From Eledone cirrhosa (lineage: Eukaryota), in the NCBI GenBank assembly GCA_964016885.1, contig OZ024748.1, forward strand, positions 33,232,001-33,296,000: a DNA stretch of 64,000 nucleotides. The letters are read 5' to 3'. This document shows positions 42,098-55,205 of this stretch, piece by piece. Position 1 is the stretch's first letter. Each line of letters starts with the position of its first letter. The position numbers and the translations under genes were made by a program. The notes beneath the pieces are model-generated. The model did not search any database, was not told the origin of the DNA, and worked only from the letters and a program-made list of their open reading frames with translations.

Positions 42098-44070
42098 AAG
42101 TTTCCGTTGAAAATTGAAAAAGCCAGAGGAGTGAAGAGTGCTCTATGTAGGTACCAGAGCTAAATTTAATGTATAATAAACAATACAATATAATTACCTC
42201 ATTACCAGAGGTTTCCCGAATAAGACAAATACGAAAAACGTCCTCATTCGTTCATCGGACAAGGCAATTTAAAACAGTGAAATATTTGAAAAATCTCCTC
42301 AAGAAAGACAAGAGTTTAACAGGCAAGAAAATATATAAATAAAAGTAATGCAAGAGATATATAAAAAAAATAAGGAAATATAGTTAGGGTATGTGTATAT
42401 GTATGTATACAAATGTACATAAGTGTGTATGTACAAATGCATGTGTATGGTGAAAATGTGTGCGTAAGTACATATATGAGGGCAAGTATATTTGTGTATG
42501 TGTAACCACAAATACGTATATAATATGAGTTGAAAAAGAAATTGTAAGATAATATAGTTAACACACATCCAGATACAGGTATTAAATATATACACATACG
42601 AGTATGAAAGCACGCGTATAAACACACACACACGCGCGATCACTTATATGCGGAAGATAAAGAGGGAAGGGAGTGTAATAGTGAAAAGAAGTGTCATTCT
42701 CGATATATGTATAAAAATGAAACAATATATGAGAATGAAACATTTTTTTTAAATCAAACAGAAAGTAAGAGGGAGGTGTTATCAATTAACACTAGAAAAA
42801 AGAAAACAAACATAGGTACACACGTACACACATATATATATATAAAAAATATATATACATATAAATACGTACAGACAAAAGCGCATGCATGCGTACATAC
42901 ACACGAGGCACGTATATATATATCGCCACATGTATATCTAATCACACGTACGTACGCGACTATATATATATATATATATATATACATACACACCCATACA
43001 TACATATACATATATATACATATACACATACATTCACCCACATACACACACACGTAGAAATAAGTATGTAAAAAACATAGATATAAAAACACACATATAC
43101 ACACATATATATATACGTACGCACGCACACATACGGAGGCGTTCGTATACATATACAGAACGTATACACACATATGCACACTCACACGCATAGATACAAA
43201 TTATAAACCAGCCGTATGAATAAATGACTACAAATATAAAATCGACTGCGAAACAACAGAATATATCTGGAGTGGAAAACGCAAGTGACATGTGATATCA
43301 GGTAGTGAAAGAAAATGGGAAAGTAAAATGTGGAATGTGACGATATTAGGTAAGTGAATCAAAAAGTAGGGGGGAGTTCACTGGTGGATGTGAAGTAAAA
43401 ATAAAAATAAAATTAAAAATAAAGTTAAAAATGAAAGTAAATCAGAAAGAGAAGTCTGTAAAGAGGATAATTTAAGGAAAGTGAAGAACAAGAGTTTATG
43501 GAGGATAAGTATCTGAAAGTGAGTTAAGTTTATATGAGCTGGAAGGCAAGTGTGATTTCATGTGTGGGCAACTGGTGAAAATTTCTGTTTTTGCGTTTAG
43601 GCAGGTTTTTGGTGATTTAAGGTTCTGTAAAATCCAATATGTTTCACTTATGCAGAGTGTGCATCTTCTTGTTCCTCTTGCATATTCTTTAGATTGGTTC
43701 AAAATTGACCAATCCAATTTATATTGGATACCTTGGTCTTTCAAATCCTATATTCTGCTAGCCAGAGCTGTTGTAATTTTTTTATTCTGGATTTCGGAAA
43801 GATGCGACATGTGAGTAATAACGCGTTTTGAATTTGACTTGTGTCATACCCACATATCGTTCGCTGGTGGCTGGTTGGTTGTTGCTGATGGTTGTCACTT
43901 TAGCCGCATATACAATGGCTTTGGTGTTGCATTTACCTTGTAATGAGCATTCACTTTTGACTCTACAGGAGCAATTTTGATGTTCTCTGGGTGTTTTCTT
44001 ATTGATGATATAATATTTAATAGTGGGACTGCAGGAGTAGCTAATTTTGACACAGTTTCTATTGAAGATC
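42098..44070 (-). mobile_element. 5'-truncated PLE (GIY-YIG C-terminus + 3' UTR/pLTR)
   Basis: Minus-strand KISYSC...CSCRVKSECSLQGKC..IVY...YVGMT..FKTR and CTLCISE...SCPH at 43496-44070. HHR near the 3' end. Next to (TA)n on both sides. Confidence 0.87.
42192..42269 (-). ncRNA. Type I hammerhead, family E, CCGAUGA (U4C) core
   Basis: AAUUGCCUUGU-CCGAUGA-ACGAAUGAGGAC..GUCUUAUUCGG-GAAA-CC-UCU-GG-UA-AUGAGGUAAUU (11-bp stem I). Confidence 0.72.
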
Positions 44071-44157
44071 TTATATATATATATATATATATATAAATGA
44101 GACGTATAGAGATTGTTTTAGCAAGAAGCTAACGGCATTCTATAACATATATGCGAC

Positions 44158-44253
<96 letters not shown>

Positions 44254-44360
44254 TATAAATTAGCAGAAGGGATAATCAATTTGTTGGTAATTCAACAAAT
44301 ATAAATGTTTATAACTGATTCAGAGCACTCAACAAGTTTTCTGGGGTATAATATTCAATA

Positions 44361-44568
44361 CCACATTTCCTTCGTTATATATATATGTATATATATAACG
44401 GAGGAAATGTGGTAAAGAACCAGGTGGACCATAACGCACCAAAGTACTCAATACTTAGGATAGTAGAGTGGGTAATAGGAACGAGTAGGACCCCGACGGC
44501 TGAGCTCAAGCCGTTTCGACCAGGTCGAAACGGCTTGAGCTCAGCCGTTGGGGTCCTACTCGTTCCTA
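44361..44568. mobile_element. pLTR fragments of PLE family K, including a ~95-bp palindrome of the HHR 3' half
   Basis: 44395-44520 matches 60184-60309. Fold-back centred on CGACC-A-GGTCG. 44361-44378 equals 63720-63737. Confidence 0.8.
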
Positions 44569-44619
44569 TGTATATATATATATATATATATGTATATGTA
44601 TTAGATTTGCGAGATTTTT

Positions 44620-45885
44620 TATATGAAATCGTGTGTCGAAACAAATATTGTTAAACTTGGGGAGGGTCATATTTGTGTAATATTGCCAGAATTAATAACA
44701 AAACACACTCACTGTTTGGTTGGTTTTCGCTTCTGTGTCTTTTATATCGGTTAATTTTATTTTATTCGGTCCTCAATGTTGCCATTGACTGACCAACGGT
44801 CAAAAATACAGATACAATATAGACACAAACACATATATATAGTCTATCAAAGTTCTTTTGTTGCACATCTGCAACATCGTCAGTGGTGCTATTATTTCCT
44901 CCCGTTGCATTGTATGTCTACGCCATCTTTATTTAGTCTGTTTATATATTTATTTATTTGTTTTTTTGTCTTCTTTGCGCATGCGTTTGCGTGTGTATAG
45001 TGTTTTGTTTGATGTGTGTTCGTCTTTGGGTGACTGTGTATTGGTTAATGTATTCTCTCTTTACTAGTGTGTGTTTATGTGTTTGTTGTTATTGTGCTTG
45101 TGTATGTATTTATTTATTTATCTATTTATTTATTTATACTTCTCTTAGGTCAGTGTTGTTTGTTTGGGTGTTGTTATTATTCCATTAATTTTTTTCTGTT
45201 TAGCCTTGGCCTTCTAAGTTCTATTTCACTGGCCTCTCTGATTTGCCTATCTGCTGGGTCATTTCTATGTTTAGATATTATTCTAATTTCTATGTTGTCT
45301 ATGTTACCGTCGTGTTGTTGTCTGGCATGTTCGTATAGTACTGACCCGTTTGTTCGTCCTTTTAGTTCCCCCAGTGTTGGTCTATCCTTTCACCTATGTA
45401 TACGAGCTGTTGTATGTTGATGTCATATTTCTGCAAGTACCCTCTGTACATCTTATGCTATAGACTACGTTTCTAGTTTTACAGTTTATCCGGGGGTTTA
45501 CTTTATATATGATACATTTCCTATTAGTACAGTGGGTTTTCTTAAGAGGGTAGGTTTTGCTGATCAGGGATTTTATGGTAGTTCCTGGCTTTTCTACCAC
45601 CTTTATCTTTAAGTGGGTCTTTCTCAGGGCCTTTCTACACTGGTTAGCTAATTTCCCTCGTTGTCGTACCAGTTCGTCTGTGTCGACGTCGCAGAACTCC
45701 ACCTCACTCTCAATGATCATCTCCACACATTTTTCCACCTAAGAGAAGTATAAATAAATAAATAAATAGATAAATAAATAAATACATACACAAACACAAT
45801 AACAACAAACAGATATCAACACACACTAGTAAAGAGAGAATACATTAACCAATACACAGTCACCCAAAGACGAACACACATCAAA
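44620..45885 (-). mobile_element. Rearranged PLE fragment (GIY-YIG C-terminus, pLTR, ORF start; short inverted arm 45738-45885)
   Basis: NCKTRNVVYSIRCTEGTC...IGERIDQHW...RQIREA. 45738-45885 is the reverse complement of ~45007-45150. 44621-44670 resembles the ORF start at 46910-46975. Confidence 0.8.
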
Positions 45886-46975
45886 TCTTATTACTTTCCC
45901 TTATTTCTCTGATTTCTGTGCTACTGTCATTACTTGTTTTCTGTGTATGTGTGTTTGTTAAGATTGTGGTGGTGGTGAGAGGCATTGAATGCGTGTGTGT
46001 TGTTGTTGTTGATGTGTGCTGTTGTTGATGTGTGTTGTTGTTGTCTCCGTGTGTGTTATCGTTGTTGTGTGTGTTGTTATTGTTGTTTGTGTCTGCGTGT
46101 CTGTTGTTGTTGTTTCTGGGTATGTTGCTATTGTTGTTGTTGTTGATGTGTGTGTTGTTGTTATTGTTGTTTGTGTCTGTGTGTCTGTTGTTGTTGGGAT
46201 GTGTGTTGTATATGTGTGTGCGTATATTGTTGCTTTTGTTTTTGACGCTCCAGCGTAGTTTTGTAAATGATTTTTCTATTTCTGACAGACAACTAATCAT
46301 ATTTACCTTCTTGAATGTCGCAAATTTCGGCGGCAAATATAACACAGACATTTCATCATTATCTATTTTTGCGTTCCCATAAATGTTGGTGTTTTTGTTG
46401 TTGAACTCTTCTGATAATGAGGTGTCGGCCATGTTGATACCGTCAATTTTGTCGGGATATCTATTGGTATACTCTATAGTATCCTGATTTAGCTTTGCCT
46501 GTTTAAGCCACTTTAGTTTCCTGTTAAATTGCTTATCACATTCTTGAGTAATGTACTGTTCTTCGGGGCGTATAAGGCTTATAAATATTAGTTTCTCTGC
46601 TGGTGTGGTGATTCTAGCTATATCTTGTATTAGGTTACGCTTTTGTTTTTCTTGATGACTTAATTCTCTAGAGATCTTCTTTTTTATGTTTAGAATTAAA
46701 GTTCGTTTTAGCCTATCTGCTTGTTTTTGGGTGAGTTGTAATCTTCTAACGTCGGTATTGATGGTGTTGGTGTAGATTCTAGAAGAGGCACACTGCTTTA
46801 TGAAGGATAGTTGTCGAGATGTTATGGTTTTTCGTAGACAACAGAACATGGTGGTTTTCAGTATCTTGTTAGCCTGGCTAAGGCTTACGATATTTCGTTT
46901 CTGAATTTGTTTAGCAAGATTCTTTATCTGAAATCGTGTGTTGAAACCGATATTGTTATACTTTAGCAGGGTCAT
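45886..46975 (-). pseudogene. PLE ORF N-terminal region (pre-RT), truncated
   Basis: MTLLKYNN...EMSVLYLPPKFA...EIEKSFTKLRW followed by an Asn/His/Thr-rich repeat. Lies downstream of a pLTR-like region (46976-47258). Confidence 0.7.
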
Positions 46976-47116
46976 GTTGCCAATAAGAAACACACGCACC
47001 AGTTGCTTTCACTTCAATTTATTATATATTTATAAATTTATAAATTTACAAATCTACAAACTTATAAATTTCTGGTTGGTTGGTTGGTTCCACAACCAGA
47101 TAGTTGTTTATATATA

Positions 47117-47163
47117 TAGTCATAGTCCTGTCGTCACACACTCTGTGACCTCTTCAGTGACTA
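47117..47163 (-). ncRNA. Degenerate or atypical hammerhead-like motif, family F (related copy ~44846-44887 -)
   Basis: UAGUCA-CUGAAGA-G-GUCAC..GUGAC-GACA-GGAC-UA-UGACUA. GAAA is altered in both copies. Confidence 0.45.
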
Positions 47164-47258
47164 GGGATTCCTTTCTTTGTTTCTGTGCCTTTCCTTTCTT
47201 CTGTCCTACGCCATTTTGTTTCTGTGTGTGTGTTGTGTGCTCAGTTTGCGCATGCGCC

Positions 47259-48032
47259 GAAGAACTTGAGAGACACATACAACACTTCATCCACCGTATG
47301 CAGTTCTCTGGCTACAATCAGAGAGATAGAATCAGAGTGTATAGAGGAGCCAGAACCAAATGGGAAAAAATGGTAAATAATGACATAAATGGGACCTGCC
47401 CCTTGTATAGGAGCAAATTTTGGAATAGAATAGAAAGAACTAGGAACAAGGCCAATAGAATAAACTCATGGTATGATAGCAATAAATACCAGAGTGTAAT
47501 GTTCATCAATACAACCCCTAGAGGCGAACTAGCCTACAAATTTAGAAGGGCCCTAAATAAACATAAACTCAATATTAAGATAGTAGAAAGACCAGGTACC
47601 TCCGTAAAAACACTTATTTGCAAGACATACCCGTTCCAAAGACCCTCATGTATAGATAAGAAATGTATAACCTGTAAAATAAGCCCCAATATTAACTGTA
47701 AAACTAGAAATGTAGTGTATAGCATACGATGTACTGAAGGACAATGTAGAAACAAAAATATAGTGTACATAGGTGAGACAGCTCGTAGTATAGGGGAACG
47801 GATAAATGAACACTGGCGAGACCTTCAAGATAATAAAGAATCATCTATACTCTACCAACATGCTAAAATAGAACACAATGGTAAATTAGAGAACATAGAA
47901 ATAAAAATAGAATCCACATACAGAAAAGATGCAATGTTTAGGCAAATTACAGAGGCAGTAAGCATAAAAGAATTACAACCAAAATTAAATAGAAAATATG
48001 AGTGGAACAGCAACATCACAACTTACAATTAA
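47259..48032 (+). pseudogene. PLE RT-thumb + GIY-YIG endonuclease (Neptune/Nematis-like Cys linker), 5'-truncated, inverted relative to 45886-47258
   Basis: MQFSGY...CIDKKCITC..CKTRNVVYSIRC..VYIGETARSIGERINEH...H...RQITEA..LNRK. Confidence 0.88.
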
Positions 48033-48131
48033 GGACAAAATGAAAACACACACACACATAGAACAAACAACCAACAAACAACATGTAAATAAATAAATAA
48101 ATAGATAAATGAACACAAACACAGACAGACA

Positions 48132-48619
48132 CACGTGTACATACTTATATTTAAGTAGCAGCCGTACTAAGAGTGGGAAATGAAATTTCGTTTCATTTTT
48201 TCCGTTTATCGTTTTCGGTGCACCCGGCCGATTAACCCACTCGATATGCAAATTGGGCTACTCAGCCGTTAATATGCATAAGGTAAGTATATACGTTCAA
48301 CAATCTGGCAGGAAGGTATACGTTGCTGACGATAGCTAATAAGCTTGAAACTAGTACAGCGTTCCTTTGTCAGTGTTTAACAAACGAGCAACGATGGTTG
48401 CTAGACACTACGGCTTAATACGGGATGATTGTTTACAAACAGACCGAGCATTATAATAAATGTTCGGTGAATCCATACGTACATATATATATGTGTGCAT
48501 GTATGTATATATACATACTACTGTACGTCTGTATACATATATGTATGTACGTGTACATACTTATATTTAAGTAACCGCCGTACTAAGAGTGGGAAATGAA
48601 ATTTCGTTTCATTTTTTCC

Positions 48620-48625
<6 letters not shown>
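48132..48625 (+). mobile_element. Family C repeat, ~1.2 units (period ~416 bp)
   Basis: GTACATACTTATATTTAAGTA at 48137 and 48553. Homologous to 23519-24243 in reverse orientation. Confidence 0.85.
48320..48362 (+). ncRNA. Minimal type I hammerhead ribozyme, family C
   Basis: ACGTTG-CTGACGA-TAGCT-AATA-AGCTT-GAAA-CTAG-TA-CAGCGT. Confidence 0.88.
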
Positions 48626-48715
<90 letters not shown>

Positions 48716-48732
48716 TTATATATATATATATT

Positions 48733-48779
<47 letters not shown>

Positions 48780-48876
48780 TTATATATATATATATTTATA
48801 TATATATATATTTATATATATATATATTTATATATATATATATTTATATATATATATATTTATATATATATATATT

Positions 48877-48960
<84 letters not shown>

Positions 48961-48961
<1 letters not shown>

Positions 48962-49195
48962 AGAAGTTCTATTTAAATTGTTGGGATACAACAAGCAAAT
49001 ATTTTTATAACTGATATAAAGCACTCAACAATTGTTGGAGTAAAAATACGATATATTAATATTTATTTATAAAACTGATCTATATTATATTTTATCTGAT
49101 GAAAGCACACCATAATTTAACTTGGTGTCCTTGAAATATGTATAATGAAATAAATATGGTTTTATAAATATAGTTTCCATTTGTTAATATATCGT
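48961..49195. mobile_element. Solo rearranged pLTR of PLE family B with HHR at 49081-49158 (+)
   Basis: 48961-49060 is the reverse complement of ~21525-21622 and 49061-49195 matches ~21403-21535. Lies between (TA)n tracts. Confidence 0.82.
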
Positions 49196-49246
49196 ATATA
49201 TATATATGTATATATATATATGTATATATATATATGTATATATATA

Positions 49247-49386
<140 letters not shown>

Positions 49387-49426
49387 CATATATATATATA
49401 TGTATATATATATATGTATATATATA

Positions 49427-50738
49427 TACTATGAATAAAGAGTTCTAAACTCAAACAGTCCTTTACAATGAAATGGCTCAAAGAAAGAAGTATTTATGAG
49501 CCGTGTAATACAAGTTAATATAAATTAATATATATGATAAACACAAATACCAACATATAAGTGTTTGTATTGTAAATGACTAAGTTAGCTAGATTGAAAA
49601 ATACTAATAATAATACAGTTTGCCTGTCTCGATTTAAAATGATAAATCAATAAAAACAAACCATACTGGCAAATGGCCGTGGTACTTGGACAAATTTAAG
49701 TTTAAAAATCCAAACCTGTTCCGTAGATAAGTTTAAACTTCAAAATCCAAATAAGTTTCGCTAAATGAAAAAGTGAAAAAATACCATATTCAGATCTCAT
49801 CAGCAAGTACCCTGAAAAATTGGTATGTTTCACTTCAAAATATTTAAGAAGACTGATCAACGCACATGGTTTCTCACTGTCTAGCTACCGCATACTCGTG
49901 CTGCTAGAAATAACAGCCGTTTTTATGGGGCTAAAATTAGCTCGACAGAAGGAGCCGTGATACTATGAATAAAGAGTTCTAAACTCAAACTGTCCTTTAC
50001 AATGAAATAGCTCAAAGAAAGAAGTATTTCTGAGCCGTGTAATACAAGATAATATAAATTAATATATAGGATAAACACAAATACCAACATATAAGTGTTT
50101 GTATTGTAAATGACTAAGTTAGCTAGATTGAAAAATACTAATTATAATAATACAGTTTGCCTGTCTCGATTTAAAATAATAAATCAATAAAAACAAACTA
50201 TACTGGCAAATGGCCGTGGTACTTGGACAAATTTAAATTTCAAAATCCAAACCTGATCCGTAGATAAGTTTAAACTTCAAAATCCAAATAAGTTTCGCTA
50301 AATGAAAAAGTGAAAAAATACCATATTCAGATCTCATCAGCAAGTACCCTGAAAAATTGGTATGTTTCACTTCAAAATATTTAAGAAGACTGATCAACGC
50401 AATAAATATTTTGAAGTGAAACATACCAATTTTTCAGGGTACTTGCTGATGAGATCTGAATATGGTATTTTTTCACTTTTTCATTTAGCGAAACTTATTT
50501 GGATTTTGAAGTTTAAACTTATCTACGGAACAGGTTTGGATTTTGAAATTTAAGTTTGTCCAAGTACCACGGCCATTTGCCAGTATGGTTTGTTTTTATT
50601 GATTTATTATTTTAAATCGAGACAGGCAAACTGTATTATTATTAGTATTTTTCAATCTAGCTAACTTAGTCATTTACAATACAAACACTTATATGTTGGT
50701 ATTTGTGTTTATCATATATATTAATTTATATTAACTTG

Positions 50739-50740
<2 letters not shown>
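49427..50740 (-). mobile_element. HHR-containing non-coding tandem repeat, family G (~1.8 units of ~535 bp) plus inverted arm 50403-50740; retrozyme candidate
   Basis: TACTATGAATAAAGAGTTC at 49427 and 49961. HHRs at 49681-49811 (-), 50218-50348 (-) and 50438-50568 (+). (TA)n flanks. Confidence 0.82.
50438..50568 (+). ncRNA. Type I hammerhead, family G (expanded stem III loop)
   Basis: GGTACTTG-CTGATGA-G..CTGAAT...ATTTAGC-GAAA-C-(63 nt)-G-TC-CAAGTACC. Stem I is a perfect 8 bp. Confidence 0.75.
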
Positions 50741-50803
<63 letters not shown>

Positions 50804-50825
50804 CAATATATATATATATATATGA

Positions 50826-50882
<57 letters not shown>

Positions 50883-50884
50883 TG

Positions 50885-51122
<238 letters not shown>

Positions 51123-51692
51123 CATGTATATATATATATGTATATATATGTATATATATGTGTGTATATATATATATGTGTATATATATACATATATGTA
51201 TATATAGAAGGATTTAAATGGATACAGTTCAGTTAAAAGGAATTTATTGACACGTGTTTCAATAACAGTTACATAACCTGAAAACAGCTGCTATCTACAA
51301 AGTATTAGTTATGCAGACATTCAATATTTCAATGTTATTATCAACTGTCATTTCATCAGAATAATTTTATTGAGAACCTGTTTGGTTTTTATAGAGAATA
51401 TTGAAATATTGAATGTCTGCATAACTAATACTTTGTAGATAGCAGCTGTTTTCAGGTTATGTAACTGTTATTGAAACACGTGTCAATAAATTCCTTTTAA
51501 CTGAACTGTATCCATTTAAATCCTTCTATTTTCTCCGGATTACTTTTGAAACTACAACTGGAACCGTCGAGCAAACTCTACGTGAGCTGTCCATCTACTG
51601 TGTATAATATTCATATTACAACACTACGGAAAATACTGTATATTTACCTCCTGTAAAGTCGAGCAACCCACACAGCAAACGTAACCACAATA

Positions 51693-54015
51693 ATGGAAAA
51701 ACACTACCTGGATATGTCACTCGAAAACATACCAACCCAAGGTAAAAAGGAATACTTATTGAGTATGATACAAAAAACTAATGAATTCATTCGACGTGTC
51801 AGGTGGAAAACGCTCCACTATGATAGAAGCCGTATGAAGTCACCATCAGAAAGTGGTGTAAACAACAAATTTGGTTTTAGAACGTGTAAAAACCCACCCA
51901 CTAACCCACTATTAGATGCATTTGAGCAGGGCCTTATGGACTTAATCCTTAAAATTCAATTCAAAGGACGTAAAACCAACAACAAATTGCAGAAAGATAT
52001 TAAAAAAACTACTGGACGACCTTAAAAACACCAAAGGAATTGTAGTAAAAGCGGACAAAACATCTAACCTGTATACTATGGACTGCACTACATACAACAA
52101 CTTCATTCGAAAAGAATTACATAAAAAATATAGAAAAACGAATGAAGTAACTCTTAAGCACATCAATGATGAGGCATGCGAAATAGTGAAAAATCTCGGA
52201 ATCGAAGATAGGACAGGACCACTCTTACCAGCGGTACCCACCTTCAATCTTAAGGACCATAAGGTAAACTTTGATAATGACCCTAAAATTAGATTAATCT
52301 GCCCCTCTAAATCAGATATAGGTAAAATAAGCAAATATATCTTAGATAGAATCATCCCCCAAATTAAGGCTAAGGTTAACATTAAACTCTGGGGGAAGAC
52401 CCAAGAAGCAATAAGATGGTTTAATAGCATTAGCAATAAGAATAAATCTAAGTTTATCCAGTTTGATATCGACGAATATTACTCATCGATATCACCTGAA
52501 ACTCTGAATAGAGCCATTAAGTTTGCTAAGGATAACTCTGACCTTACAAACGATGAAATTAAGATTATATTAGAAGCTAGGAAAACTATAGTCAAATTTG
52601 AGAACAGTTATTGGGTTCGTAAAGATAGACCCTCTAACTTTGACATAACAATGGGCTCTAACGATTCGGCGGAAATAACTGATATTGTGGGGTTATTTAT
52701 CGCCTTTAGACTCCAGGAAAAATTCAGTAATCTCCACGGTGGAATATACCGCGACGATGTTCTCCTCCTAGTTAAAAACCTAAATAACCAAAAACTAGAA
52801 AAACTACGCAAAGATATAAGAAAACTACTACTCGAAATAGGACTAACTATAACATATGAATAGAACCTTAAAGTAGTTAACTTCCTGGATGTCACACTCA
52901 ATTTAAACTCTGGTCTGATTAAACCGTTTCATAAATTGAATGAAAATCTCAAGTACGTAAATGTTGGGTCTAACCACCCCATCTCTATAATTAAATCTAT
53001 CCCTAAAAATATTTCCCTTAGAATCTCGGGTCTATCTTCTAACATACAAGTATTTAAGGAACACGCCGAGTACTACGATAACGCCCTTAGTAAAGCAGGC
53101 TACCTCAACAAAATAGAGTATATAGATGAGAACAATCAAAACACCAAAAATAAATCCCACATAGGTAGATATAATAACACAACACCAAACCACACTTACT
53201 ACCATAGTATACACACCAGTAAACCAACAAACAAAACTAATAGAAAGCGATGCAAAGAGTACTTATGGTATAACCCTGAATACAATAGTTCCATTAGTAC
53301 AAATTTACCAGTACTCTTCTTTAAAATAATTAAGAGACATTTTCCTACATCACACAAATACCACAAAATCCTAAACCCTATCACTATAAGACTGTCATAC
53401 TCTACAGCGTTAAACCTTGAACAACACATAAAAAAGATCAATACTAGAAGGTTAAACGAAAACACAAAAAACTTAAGTACAAAGAACACAAAAAAAACAG
53501 TAGACAATACACTACAGAACATAAATAAACCACACCTAAGTTCGTCCGCAATACTACTCCAGAGTAAACCCAACGTACACAACTGTAACTGCACCTATCC
53601 TGACAACTGCCCCCTCGGCAATAACTGCCTGGAAAAAAATATTAATTATAAGTGTACCATTAAATCCGGAGGCAACGAATGGTATTACGTGGGATCAACG
53701 GCAACATCGTTTAAATCTCGATTATATAGGCATTCTTACTCAATAAAACACCAGAGCCAAAGAAATGTAACAACTTTAGCAGAAAAAGCTTGGACGCTCA
53801 GGGATAGCGATCAAAAGTTTACCCTAAAATGGGAGAAATTAGCTAAAACCCAAAGCTTTTCCAGGAGCCAAAATTTCTGCAAATTGTGTAATCTTGAGAT
53901 TTATTACATAACCACACACAAGAAGAAATTGCTTAATAACAGAATTGAACGAACATTATTCTGCCGTCACCGAACTAAAACCCTTTTTTCCCACTACAAG
54001 CTGAATATTACATAA
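51693..54015 (+). pseudogene. PLE polyprotein (N-term + RT + GIY-YIG), one frameshift (~52005) and one stop (52861)
   Basis: VVKADKTSNLY, FIQFDIDEYYSSI, FDITMGSND, GGIYRDD, FLDV, SNHP, WYNP, CNC..CPL..C, YYVGST..FKSRLYRH, CKLC. Confidence 0.93.
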
Positions 54016-54291
54016 AAGAGGGACATCCCCCGAACTATATAAACCTCAATCTAGTTAGAAAAATATAAAAACAATCTCTTCTCAACATATATATGTATAT
54101 TAATAACCTTAAATTACCACACTAATAATGGATAGATATGCTGATGAGAATAGGTGCGAATATGCTATAATGAATGTGTCTAAAAGCGACCATATGTATG
54201 TATATATATGTGAAAATGTATATAAATAAGTAAATATATATATATGTTTGATGTGTATAGTTAGATGTATGTGTATTCATGTATTAAAGTG

Positions 54292-54364
<73 letters not shown>

Positions 54365-54892
54365 GACAGGAGTATGTATGTATATATGTGTGTGTCTATA
54401 TGTGTGTATATAAAGATAAGTTGAGTATTAAAATGTATACACATGAATGCGTATGTATATACATATATATATGTATATATATGTATATATATATGTGCAT
54501 GTATATATGTATGTAAGTATGAGCATGTAAGTATGTGTATGTGAATATATGTATTTTGTAGAGGTGTGCATATATGTTTGTGTGTGAATGCGTGGGCGAA
54601 AGGATACGTACACTTGAAAGAAAAATTTAAGTCTGAATGTTAATTAAGTGCAAACACAAAACCAACCATGCATATCTATACTATCTCTAATCCTTCTATA
54701 GATTTAGAAAAATAACCAACGCCAAATAATATATTCTATAAAAATGTCAAAACAACAGATGGGAATCTAATTACTCACTGCCACCAAAAATTCTCACTGC
54801 TATCAAAAAACCACTGCCTTAACTATTCTTCTAACAACTTCACCCCTCCCTCCTAATATTCTCTATAAAAACCAAACAGGTTCTCAATAAAA

Positions 54893-55013
54893 TTATTCTG
54901 ATGAAATGACAGTTGATAATAACATTGAAATATTGAATGTCTGCATAACTAATACTTTGTAGATAGCAGCTGTTTTCAGGTTATGTAACTGTTATTGAAA
55001 CACGCGTCAATAA
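54893..55013 (+). ncRNA. Type I hammerhead, family H (long stem II); mirror copy 51244-51364 (-)
   Basis: TTATT-CTGATGA-AATGACAGTT..(~70 nt)..AACTGTTATT-GAAA-C-ACGC-G-TC-AATAA. The 5' copies have the palindromic ACACGTGT. Confidence 0.85.
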
Positions 55014-55170
55014 ATTCCTTTTAACTGAACTGTATCCATTTAAATCCTTCTATTTTCTCCGGATTACTTTTGAAACTACAACTGGAACCGTCGAGCAAAC
55101 TCTACGTGAGCTGTCCATCTACTGTGTGTAATATTCATATTACAGCACTACGGAAAATACTGTATATATG

Positions 55171-55205
<35 letters not shown>

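Larger units (their letters stand above)
51204..55167 (+). mobile_element. Full-length Penelope-like element (probably Naiad-type) with 5' partial pLTR, inverted pLTR and 3' pLTR
   Basis: Inverted pLTR 51204-51402, direct pLTR part 51400-51643, 3' pLTR 54855-55167. (TA)n on both sides. Confidence 0.93.

Noticed and set aside
46938-47258. N-terminal part of the 364-aa ORF, and the first residues of ORFs 18565-19356 and 61471-62646
   Set aside because: Read-through across inversion junctions from antisense sequence; not real N-termini.
54141-54180. CTGATGA in the PLE 3' UTR
   Set aside because: No stem II, GAAA or matching stem I found, so it is treated as a chance heptamer.
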